Assembly (NCBI GenBank): GCA_964016885.1
Contig: OZ024740.1
Location: 354,702,001-354,766,000 of the forward strand
DNA: 64,000 bases
Direction of reading: 5' to 3'
DNA from: Eledone cirrhosa
Taxonomy: Eukaryota
In this document: positions 1 to 12,600 of the stretch, one piece after another
Numbering within the stretch: position 1 is the stretch's first letter
How the letters are laid out: every line of letters begins with the position of its first letter
The notes under the pieces: model-generated
Databases searched by the model: none
Told to the model about the DNA's origin: nothing
What the model saw: only the letters and a program-made list of their open reading frames with translations
Position numbers and translations under genes: made by a program

Positions 1-350
1 ATCACTACCACCATTGATTAATAATGCCATTATTCTTACCAACACCACCACCACTACTCCTCCTACCACTATTATCATCATTACCACCACCACCTGTGTC
101 ATGATGGACTACCACTACCACCACCACTATTACTACTACTACTACCACCACCACTACTATTCCTCCTCCAACCACTACTACTACTACAACTACCACTATC
201 ATCATTACCACAACCACATGTATCATTGTGGAGCACCACTACTGCTGCTGCTGCTACCACCACCACTACTACTACTACTACCACCACCACCACCACCACC
301 AACACTATTATTTTCTACTACCACCCTCAAATACTACCCACTAGCATCAT
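1..350. repeat. Degenerate (CAC/TAC)n trinucleotide low-complexity tract
   Basis: Runs of ACC/ACT/ATC triplets; the ORFs here are homopolymeric artefacts. Confidence 0.9.
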
Positions 351-710
351 CACAACAATCAACCACCGTGGATTGGCAGTATCGGTAGAGGGTCGGACAC
401 CATGCTTTGACGCATAGAGTACTAGAATAATTGCTGACCTTGTACTAAAAGTAGAAACAATTATTATTATGCACTATCACTATTAAGTACCAACATTAAT
501 AGCATTAGTAACCCTTGCCCCCATCACCAACTACATTTATTATGTATAACTGTTACCATCACCAGATACCATGAGCAACTACCAAACCATCACCAAAGTC
601 TGGAGTCTCTAAATGGTTGATCAACCTGCTGGAAACAACAGCTAAACCTTCCTCCAATCACCAACTACCACTTTTAATGTAATCATAAATATATTCAGTT
701 TAAAAATATA

Positions 711-2155
711 ATACTACCACAAGTTATTACCACTGCTACCACAGTTATCACAAGTTATTACCACTGCTACCACAGTTATCACAAGTTATTACCACTGCTA
801 CCACAGTTATCACAAGTTATTACCACTGCTACCACAGTTATCACAAGTTATTACCACTGCTACCACAGCTACCACAAGTTATTACCACTGCTACCACAGT
901 TATCACAAGTTATTACCACTGCTACCTCAGTTATCACAAGTTATTACCACTGTTACCACTGTTATTACAAGTTATTACCACTGCTACCACAGCTACCAAA
1001 AGTTATTACCACTGCTACCACAGTTATCACAAGTTATTACCACTGCTACCACAGTTATTACCACTGCTACCACAGTTATCACAAGTTATTACCACTGCTA
1101 CCACTGTTATCACAAGTTATTACCACTGCTACCACAGTTATCACAAGTTATTACCACTGCTACCACAGTTATCACAAGTTATTACCACTGCTATCACAAG
1201 TTATTACCACTGCTACCACAGTTATCACAAGTTATTACCACTGCTACCACAGTTATCACAAGTTATTACCACTGCTATCACAAGTTATTACCATTGCTAT
1301 AACAAGTTATTACCACTGCTACGACAGTCATCACAAGTTATTACCACTGCTACCACAGTTATCACAAGTTATTACCACTGCTATCACAAGTTATTACCAT
1401 TGCTATAACAAGTTATTACCACTGCTACGACAGTCATCACAAGTTATTACCACTGCTATCATGATTTATTACCACAGCTATCACAAATTATTACTACAGC
1501 TACCACAATTTATTGCCACTGCTATCACACGTTATTACCAGAGTTATCACAAGTTATTACCACTGCTATTACAAGTTATTACCAGTGTTAACACAGGTTA
1601 TTACCACTGATATCACAAGTTATTACCACTATTATCACGAGTTATTACCACTGATATCACAAGTTATTACCCCAGTTATCACAAGTTATTACCACTGTTA
1701 TCACAAGTTATTACCCCTGTTATCACAAGTTATTACCACTGTTATCACAAGTTATTACCCCTGTTATCACAAGTTATTACCCCAGTTATCACAAGTTATT
1801 ACCCCTGTTATCACAAATTATTACCAGTGTTAACACAGGTTATTACCACTGTTATCACAAGTTATTACCAGTGTTAACACAAGTTATTACCACTGCTATT
1901 ACAAGTTATTACCACTGTTGTCACAGGTTATTACCACTGATATCACAAGTTATTACCGCTGTTATCACAAGTTATTACCACTGTTATCACAAGTTATTAC
2001 CACTGTTATCAACACAGCTATCACAAGGTATTACCACTGATACCACAAGTTATTACCACTGATACCACAAGTTATTACCACTGTTATTACAAGTTACTAC
2101 CCATGCTATTACAGTATTACCACTGCTATAACAAGTTTTCACCACTGCTATCACA
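711..2155. repeat. Minisatellite of 31-bp and 22-bp units (AGTTATTACCACTGCT[ACCACAGTT]ATCACA)
   Basis: Period 31 at 721/752; period 22 at 1683/1705. Confidence 0.95.
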
Positions 2156-4099
2156 ACATATGGGAACATATGTAAGAGAGTTGAATCCCCCAGTAGGTTC
2201 CACAAAGTATTGACTTGGTCTGTGACAATTCATTCAACTCTTGTTAGCAGATAAAAAGGATGTTAAACAATGATGTTGGTGATGATGATTGTGATGATTA
2301 AAAAATGTCAACCAGTTGTGAAAAAGTTTTTAAATATTGTGTACAAACACGAGAGAGAGGATATATCCTAATGTTTAAATCACATAAAACCTATTTGGTC
2401 TATCCATACTTGATCCCTCTCTATCATTTTTTATTACAATTCCCATCATCCCTATTTCTGTAGCCCTCCACTGTCTCTTTCATTACTTTTCTCTTTCATT
2501 CACATCTCTCTGTTTCACACACACATCCTCATGCATCTCTGTCTTCAACATATTTACCTTGGAACAAAGTAACCTTTCCAGTGACGTTGCTACAATCAAA
2601 TGCACTCAGTACACTCTGTAAAGGGCTTGGCATTTAACTGGTAACAACAAATGATAGAGAAAGCTTTCAGTCATATCAATGGCCTAACAATCTCTTTAAT
2701 GATGTGCCATGATAAAAATGTACCTAATACATTCTGCAAAGTGATTTGATATAAGAAGAGCATCCAGCTGTAGAAGCTGTACCAAAAAGGGTTTAGAAGA
2801 CCCTTCAGTCATGTCAAGGACATGACAACTTCTCCAGTGCTGGTGCCACAATCAAATGCACACAGTACAAGGTGGTTGACATTTGGAAGTGCATCCAGCT
2901 GTAGAAACCATGCCAAATTTTAAACATGTGTAAGTGAAACGTACCACTTGGTCCATCAAGGAGGTCAGTAGTTCAGAGTCCAACCCATGCAAGCATGGAA
3001 AAGTGGGTGTAAAATGATGATGATAAACACAAAGTTACAATATCATTTAATCAATAAATATGTCAAACAACAAAGAAACCTTTCATCATCATCATCGTTT
3101 AATGTCTATTTTCTATGCTAGCATGGGTTAGACGAGTTTGTCCCATTAGAGGCAAGTTGGGTCGGGTGACTGTGTCTCACTCAGATATGGTCACCCAACC
3201 CAACTCCAGCCAAATTTCCCCAAAATAAAACTAGAGACATAAATATAGACAGAGAGATTGATACAGAAAGACAGCAGAGGAATGTACGCCAGTAATGGAG
3301 TGGTACTTTATTTATTGATATTGAAGACCTGGGAAGAGATCAGGGATGATCTGAATGCCTGGAACCTAGACCAAAACCTATTCCTAGAATGAACACTCTG
3401 GTGAGATGCTTTGAAAGTGGCTATCAAAACGTCCAATGCTTCTGACAAGTAAAGAAGACATTAAACTAGATGATGATGATGAAAGGATGAAAGACAATGA
3501 TCACTTTGGCTAGAGTTGAACTTAGAGCTAAGTAAGCCAGAACAAATATAATGGTATTTTCAATCTAAAAGCCTAACAATTCTGCCAATTAAAAAAAAAT
3601 ATGGTATAATCACATTTAAAACATCTTTGATCATAGTTCTGGTGGAGCAGATTAACATAGAGCTAAACAACGACATCATTGATTAGACATATGAATTATA
3701 TTTTATTATTGGCAATAACCAAACATAAAGTCAACCAATTGGCAGAGTTGTTAATAGAATTAAAGATGCCTCAGTATTTGTTCCAATTCTCTACACTCTG
3801 ATTTCAAGTCCTGCTGAGGTTTACTTTTCATTGTCTCGAGGTCGATAAATAAAGTATCAGTCCAGTACCAGTACTGGGGTTAATTCATTCATTCATCTAC
3901 TCTCTCTCCCCTTCTCTTTCAGAAGACAAAGAAGAAATTGGCTGCATTCAGACATGAAGAGAAACGGTCTCTGCCAGCTTGAAAATGCCCAAGATATGGC
4001 CGTGTGTAAGCAGAATGGCACCCCTTTACCTTACCTGAGCTTGGTCAGAATAAAGACAAGTACCAGAGTAAAGAAAAAGAATAACTAGTAGGTCAATAC

Positions 4100-4216
4100 C
4101 TGAGGTTTGGAACTTGGATTTTGGTTTTTGTTCAAATGTAATTGAGATGATATGCTGTTGGCATCTTGGTTTGGATATCTTGAAGATGGATTCAAACTGG
4201 AAGGTAGAAATCCTGG
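4100..4216 (-). CDS. SASS6: Probable SAS-6 exon 14 ([17 protein letters not shown]...SSKPQ; disordered tail)
   Basis: TTTCAG acceptor, CAG|GTATTG donor, 117 nt open in phase 0; low-conservation region. Confidence 0.7.
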
Positions 4217-7200
4217 CTGAAATATTGAAAAAAACAGTGATTAAAGAATTATCTTGGCAACAATATTAAGATATTTTCTGTTAAAACATTACAGGATGTT
4301 AAGAGTTAACATATTTTCCGTTAAATCATTACAGGATGTTAAGAGTTCAAGAAAAAGATGCCTTACCCCAGAAATAGCAACTTGGTCCCTGAATGTTCCA
4401 CTGCCTGCAGTGGATGGAGTGGTGTTATGACTAGTTTCAAATGTTGTTGTCCGACCACTACCAGAGAGCTGGACTTCATTAACTTGCTTGTTGAGCCACT
4501 GGATCACTAGAAAAAATGGTTTAGCAATATTTTATCAAATCGACATACAACATTTTGCAATGTTTAATACTGCACAAATATCACTAAAAGCTCGATAGTA
4601 CATTTGTCTAACTGATTGTTGCTATTTCTTTCTCTACATTAACACTTAATGTCCTGTACAACATGAAACCGCTTTAGCATGGCATTTTTGAAAAGTATAA
4701 AACAGCACTATGACTGCATCACATTAAAAATCAAAGTCTTTACTCTGGTTGACTTAAGAAACACTGAGGAATTTTGAAATGTAGCCATCCCAATGAAAAT
4801 GACTATAATAATAGTTTATCACTATAAATAATAGTTGAGAAAATTGGGTAAAGTACCCCTGGAGACAGAAAATCACCTTTGCCCACTTTTTTTTTTTACA
4901 TCTTCAGGAGTACTATATCTAAATACATTTCAAAGATATGACAACTTCCCTAATATTAGTGATCTTCATGACAAACATACTCAGTACATGCTATAAAGTG
5001 GTTGGCAATAGGAAGGGTATCCAGCCAAACAAACGGTTACGTGGATCATTCAGCTTGTCAAAGACATAACAACCTCTATAGCGCAGGTGCCACAATAAAA
5101 TGCACTCGGTAGAATGCAGGATTGTATGTAAGTGAGATGCAGGCCCCCAGCCCATATGAGAGGTCAGTAGCTCTGCTTGAATGCTAACTCAGTCTGTTGA
5201 AGAGCCATCCAAACCTCACTAGCAAGGAAACAGATGTTAAATGATGATGATGATACACACACACATATATATGCATACACAAACAGATTTTGATACTGTA
5301 AACACTTCAGTAGTTAGTTACATTGGTCCTTGAATGTCTTGTATAAAGTTGTCAGGGAGGTCTATTTATAATAGACATAATTTTTTGTAACATTAAAAAA
5401 AACATGCCTTCCCACAATGCTGCTGAAATGGTTAAAATCTGTCCACCATGTAAGGTGGTCATGCTGGTAACACAACAAAAGCCACCGTGTAAGGTGCTCA
5501 TGTTTGTGTCATGACAAAAGAACACATAACCGTCTCTGCAAGGTGGTTATGCTAGTGACATGGCAAATAAGCACCCAGTCCCCCTGTGAGGTGGTTATGT
5601 TGGGAACATGACATGAGGCACCCAGCCCACCCTGTAAAGTGGCCATGTTGGTAGCAAGATAGAAAGAGTCAAATCTGCCCTGTGGCATGGCAGGTTTGGT
5701 GACAACACAAGAGCACCCAATCTGCCCTGTAAGGTTGTTGCAGCTATGATGGTGACAGGGCAAAAAGCACCTAGCCCACCCTGTAGGGTGGACATGCCAG
5801 CAACACAACATGACAATAAACGCCCAGCCCACCCTGTAAGGTGGTCGTGATGACAACACAAAAGTACCCAGCCCAACTTGCAAAGCGGTCGTGTTAGAAA
5901 CATAACAAAAAGCACCCATTCCTTTTGGTGATGTGACAAAAGTGCCTAGTCCACACTATAAAGTGGCCATTTTGGTGACATGACAAAAAGAGCACAGCCC
6001 ACACTGTAAAGTTGTCATGTTGGTGACACAACAAAAAGTGCCCAATCCACCTTATAAAGTGGCTGTTTTGGTGCCATGATAAAAAGCACCCAGTCCACAC
6101 TGTGAATGTGGTTGGCATTAGGAAGGGCATCCAGCTGTAAAAACAGAGCCAGAAATGGTTCTGTACAGTCATCTGATCTGACTTGTTTCACAACGAGACA
6201 ATCTGTCTTACCCATGCTATCATGGAAAAATGGACGTTAAATGGTGAAGATTATGATGATGATTAGTCACATGATAACCATGCACAGGTATAAAATCCCA
6301 CAAATGTAATTGGTTGGTGAAAATGATGGCTAATGAATAATGAATGTATTGACTTTATAAACTCTTGTATGGATTCTAAGTCAAGCGATTATCTGAATTT
6401 CCTAATATACTGAAACTAAATGTTATATTAGAGGCAATAAAATAAATCATACATACCATTCTCATTTGTTTTTAACTGTTCATTACTTTCTTCTAGCTTC
6501 TTCATAACAGTTTCTAATTTAGTATTGAGTTTTTCATTCTGAATGAGAGGAAAACGAAAAGGACAAAATAGTGGAAATCTATTTATACTTGGGATAACAA
6601 TATCTAAATTTGGGATAACATTATCAATTTGAAAGCTTTGTTTTCTCATTCATAAAACTATATTGTAAAGAGAACTTGATATTTTGATAAATAGATTTTC
6701 AGATGAATTGAATTTTGTTAGAATTTTTCTAAAATTAGTCTAACATAAACAGAAAAATCTGTGAGGTAATTTCTTTCTGGCAACCACCATTAATAAAATC
6801 TTGTGTGTATCTGGTTTAGAATAGGTAGACCATTTCCATATGTGCCAGAAAAGTCATGGGAGTTGCAAGGGTAACCTCAGCTATAACCGGGAAAATGGCC
6901 TTAAAATACTTGCTGTTGTACTACCATGAGCGAGATATCATACCAGCAATATATTGACTTAATTCTAATTCTAAAAATAATGATTTTTACAATAGGCACA
7001 AGGCCAGCAATTTTTGGGGAGGGGAAAGTTGATTAAATTGACTTTATTTTATTGACCTCGTAAGAATGAAAGGCAAAGCTAACCTCGGCGGGATTTGAAC
7101 TCAGACCGCAAAGGGCCGTAACTCTATGCTGCAAAGCATGTTGTCCGATGCTTTATTGATACTGCCAATCCACCGTCCTTCTAATTCTAAAAATAATGAA

Positions 7201-8494
7201 ACATTTCTATTGAATTTGTAGGGGTAACAGTAACTTATAAGTATAAGTTTGTGAGCCATGAAGAGAGGAAAGTTCAAGGAGAGCCCTCAATTTTATTCAC
7301 AGCTTTCCAACATATTTCTTTCGTTGAAAATGGCCCCTTAACCATTTTAATGCCAAACTACCTGAAACTATCACTGGTTCTATGATCAAAGCTAGTATAT
7401 AGAATTATCTGAAAACCTATCATAATTCTATGTAAGAACATTTATTAAGTTAGGCTCCAAACACCAACTTAATGATGAAAGAGTTAGTTATTTTATTAAA
7501 TCCTTTCAAATTCTTGAAATTTTTTCAAAATTATTTGAAAGTTATAGTCATTGTCTTTCATTACAAAAATGAAAGGATTAATCTATGAATATAATTAAAA
7601 GTTTTTTGTTAGCACCAACCATCACCACTGTACTCGGATTCTAGTTTTGTTTCTTTTACTAACAAACACAAGCAGATTACAACAATTTTGGTGAACCTCC
7701 AGTTCAAGGTATGTATATTGGAAAACAAAGTGCAGTCCACTAAAAATATCTAAGCTGTTTTGCAGATACAAAATTATATAGAAAAATACAGTGAGACAAT
7801 TCAGAGCAATCTGCATAAATGTTCTAAAGATCAGAATTTAATACAACTAATCACTGTATCCATATATATATATATATATATGCAGGTAGGTTCTATAGAA
7901 GTGGTTGATAGCTTCCGGTATCTAGGTGATCAGATTTGCATGGGAGGAAAGGTGTTCCGAGGCCATAGTATCTAGACTAAGGACGGGTTGGAAGAAATTT
8001 AGGCAGCTGCTTCCTCTGTTGACAAAGAAGGGATTCTCCCTGCATACGAAAGGCCGGTTATATGATGCCTGTGTGAGACATGGGCAGCAACTGCAGAAGA
8101 TATGCGACAGCTGGAGAGAAATGAAGCAAGCATGCTCCATTGGATGTGCAATGTCAATGTGCGTGAACGACCAAGCATAGATGAGTTGAGAGAGAAACTG
8201 TGTATAAGAGGGGTAAGTTGTAGTGTGCGGGAGAGAAGACTGCAATGGTATGGACATGTGATGCGCATGGAGGATGACCACTGGGTAAAGAAGTGCCAAG
8301 AAATCCCAGTAGAAGGAAATTGTAGTAGAGGAAGACCACGAAAAACATGGGCAGAGGTGGTGAGAGCAGACCTCAGATCGCCGAAGCTCACAGAGGAGAT
8401 GACGAAGGACCGTGATAAGTGGAGAGATGCTGTGCTGAATAGGACCCATCCCACCCTTGCAAGCAGGGAAAAGCGGACATATGATGATGATGAT

Positions 8495-8552
<58 letters not shown>

Positions 8553-9557
8553 TGTCTGGGACCGGGAACAGCACAAATCAAAGAAATACTCGATAGATGG
8601 TAAGATGCAGCATAGGTATATTAGTAAAAGTAGAGGATCGACCACAAGCTCAGCCGTTTCAGCTGATTACCTCGCCTAGCCTTTGTCAAGAAAAACATAT
8701 ATATAGTAATAAAAATAAATACAAAGACCAAAAAGAGTTGAATATATATATGTGTGTGTGTGTATATATATAAACCCAGAGAGCAAATCTATATTATAAA
8801 AGAAAAGCTGTTTCTCCGTGTCTGACATAAATGTAGGAGTCAAAAGGGGAAGCAACCTGTTTTTAAGTGGGGAGCAGGGAGATAACTTAAGTTATGCTTA
8901 TTTTATTGTAATCTACATGCGTTAAGGGTAATAGGTAGAGATCTGTAGGAGGAGATGGTGGTGAGGGGCACCTAGTATTTATTATTAGCACGGACTAAAA
9001 GTTTAAGCAAACAATTTCCGCTTTCACCTTTATATGGGATATTCTGAAATTGAGATATACCAATTCATGGATGCAAATATAAATATTTCAAAAAGATTCT
9101 GAGTAAATATTGCCTTTAAAAATAAAACAAACATAACAGCAACATTTGAAAACATTCAGTTGAGTTAGAACTATTTGTATGCAAAGAGAAATAAGAGAGA
9201 TCTAATTACATCATTTAGTGATGCGGAAAGAACTAATGTGTGCCATGAAAACAATCTAGAGGCTTATTTACTTTTTAAATTAGCTGAATATTTTCATGTA
9301 TGGAAAATTGTATGCTAGCATGGAAAAACATAAAAAATGATGATGATGATAATAATTGTTTCTATTTTTGGCACAACGCCAGCAATTATCCCAGTGCATT
9401 ACTGGTGCTTTATTTTATTGATGAAAGGCAAAGTTAACCTCGTCAGGAACTCAGGACGTAAAGGGCCATACTCTATGCTGCAAAGCATGGTATCTGACGC
9501 TCTACTGATACTGCCAAACCACCACTCTTTAGATGATAATAATGATATATGTATACG

Positions 9558-9602
<45 letters not shown>

Positions 9603-12600
9603 TTCACCTCGTGGACGAGAATGCGAGCACTCCTCTTTGTTTCGCCCGCGGATGGCTAACATAACCCCATCTCCCCCCGCCGCCCCCACCCTCCAAACGC
9701 AATCCAAAACTTCAGAGTTGGTACCATAAATGTAGGCACCCTAAAGGGTCGCGCTAACGAGGTTGTAGAAATGCTTGAACGTAAGGAGGTCGATGTTTGT
9801 TGTATTCAAGAGACCAGGTGGAGGGGTGGGTCTGCTAGATTCATTGAGGGTAAAAAACGATGTTATAAGCTTTTCTGGGTGGGAAACGACGATGGGCTGG
9901 GTGGAGTAGGAATCATGGTAGCAGAAAAGTGGGCAGATAAGATAATAGACGTAAATAGAGTGAACGACAGAATAATTAAAATACGACTTGTCCTCAATAG
10001 AACTACGGTGACAGTAATATCTGCGTACGCACCCCAATCTGGACTGCCCGGCACTATAAAAGACAGATTCTATGAGACACTGATGCTCACTACCTCCCAA
10101 ATATCTGACAGTGACTATATAATTATTGCAGGCGACCTAAATGGTCACGTTGGACAACATTGTGACGGCTACGACGAAATCCATGGAGGCTATGGGTTTG
10201 GTACTAGAAATGAGGAAGGCTCCAGAATCCTGGAATTCTGTGATGCAAATAACCTAACTATCTGTAACACTAACTTCAAAAAACGTGACAATCACCTGAT
10301 CACCTATAGATCCGGGGAACACACAAGCCAGGTAGATTATATCCTTACCAGAAGACGTGACAGAGTGTCTGTTGTAAACACTAAATCCCTCCCCCATGAA
10401 GAATGCACCTCCCAACATAGACTGATAATTAACGACCTCATAGTCAGGACGAGACGTACTCGACAGCAGAAGAGGACTATCCTCAGGAGAAAAATATGGA
10501 AGCTAAAGGACCCCACAGCCAAAAATAAATTTCAAAACATATTACTTGATGCTTTCGACAGTAAGGAAGAACATTTAGAGTCGGACAATATAGAGGGACA
10601 GTGGGAATTTCTGAAAGCAAACCTGCTGTTGGCGACAGACGAAGTCTGTGGCTGGAGCAGGCCTGTAGGCAGGAGGAGAGTAACATGGTGGTGGAACAGT
10701 AAGGTGGAGGGGTCAATTAAGGCCAAAAAGCAGGCTTGGAAAGTATGGCGGGATGGGGGAAGTAGAGTAGACTATCAAGTGGCCAGGAGGGAAGCTAGGA
10801 GAGAAGTGTACTTAGCAAGAAGGGAAGCTGAGGAAAGAAAGTTCAAGCATGTTCTACAACGCGATGACCAAAAACGTGAGGTGTTCAGGATTGCTAGGCA
10901 ATGCGTCAAGGAAAACCGTGATATTGTCGGGGAGAAGTGTGTACTTAACGATGATGGCATACTTGCCATCACCGACACTGATAAGAAGGTAGCTTGGAAG
11001 TGTCACTATGAAAGGCTACTAAATGAGGAGAATAAACGTGAGAAAGACAGTCTCCCCCATATCGACCCAATAGAGGGACCAGCAGTGTTAGTCGAGGGGA
11101 GTATAATAAGTAAGGCAATCAAGGATATGAAGACAGGTAAGGCGGCTGGGCCTTCGGAAATAGTTGCTGAGATGCTGAAGGCATCTGGCACGGTGGGACA
11201 CACCATGGTCACTCGCATAGTTAACCATGTCGTACAGAATGGGGTTGTTCCGAAGGACTGGCATAGCAGCATCATCGTTAACTGTTATAAGGGTAAAGGA
11301 GACGCCCTAGATAGGAGTAACTATAGAGGCATTAAATTAATCGACCAGGTCATGAAGGTCACGGAAAAAGTAATAGCGCAACTAATCAGAGAGAGAATTG
11401 ACCTAGATGAAATGCAGTTCGGGTTTGTGTCAGGCAAAAGTACCACAGACGCTCTTTTCATAGTACGACAACTACAGGAGAAGTTCCTAGCTAAAGGTAA
11501 ACCCCTCTACTTAGCTTTTGTCGACTTGGAGAAAGCCTTCGACAGAGTCCCCCGCTCCATTATCTGGTGGGCTCTTAGAAAACTAGGCGTTGACGAATGG
11601 CTTGTGAGGGCTATACAAGCCATGTATAAAGAAACAGTCAGCAAGGTTAGAATTAACAACGAATATAGTGAAGAGTTTAGCGTAAAAGTTGGCGTCCATC
11701 AGGGCTCTGTTCTCAGCCCCCTACTATTTATTATTGCCCTTCAGGCTATAACAGAGGAGTTCAAGACAGGCTGCCCATGGGAACTCCTATACGCAGACGA
11801 CCTGACACTCATAGCGGAATCAATGGCCGAGCTAGAGAAGAAATTCCAAACATGGAAGCACGGCCTAGAGTCAAAAGGACTTAAAATTAACCTGGCTAAG
11901 ACCAAAGTTCTAGTTTGTAGGAAAGAAAACAAGGCGGCGGTCCCTTCTGGGAAATGGTCGTGCTCGGTGTGTAGGAAAGGCGTAGGTAGAAACTCCATTT
12001 TATGTCCTAAATGCAAAGTATGGGTGCATAAAAGATGTAGTGGGATCACAGGTAAGCTAACTAAGAACATAGATTTTACATGTGGCCGGTGTTCTGGTGC
12101 AATAAGTAGCAGCAAGTGCCCACAAAATACTAGCTCTTTCAATTGCGCAGAGGGTTCTATAGAAATAGTGGACAGCTTCCGTTACCTGGGCGATAAAATC
12201 AGCAGTGGGGGAGGGTGCTCTGAAAGTACTGTAGCTAGAGTCAGAACTGGTTGGAAAAAGTTCAGAGAGCTTATACCACTATTAGCTGCTAAAGGGTTCT
12301 CCCTAAAAATGAAAGGCAGGTTGTACGATGCCTGCATACGAACAGCAATGTTGCATGGCAGTGAGACCTGGGCATTGTGTGCAGAGGATATACGCAGACT
12401 AGAGAGGAACGAAGCTTGCATGCTCCGCTGGATGTGCAATAGTAATATACGTGAACGGCAAAGCATAAACGAACTAAGGAAAAAATTAGAGATAAGAGGG
12501 ATCAGATGTTGTTTACTCGAGAGAAGGCTACGTTGGTATGGATACGTGATGCGCATGAAAGTCGATAGCTGTATAACAAAGTGCAGGGCAATAAAGATAG

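Noticed and set aside
5-2062. ORFs of 60-124 aa rich in T/H/Y/V or ITSYYH repeats
   Set aside because: They are translations of micro- and minisatellites, with no splice or homology support.
1-4099. Terminal SAS-6 exon(s)
   Set aside because: No convincing exon with splice sites or conserved C-terminal motif found. Read-through of exon 14 gives VLTY* but the donor is good, so the gene probably continues left of the window.
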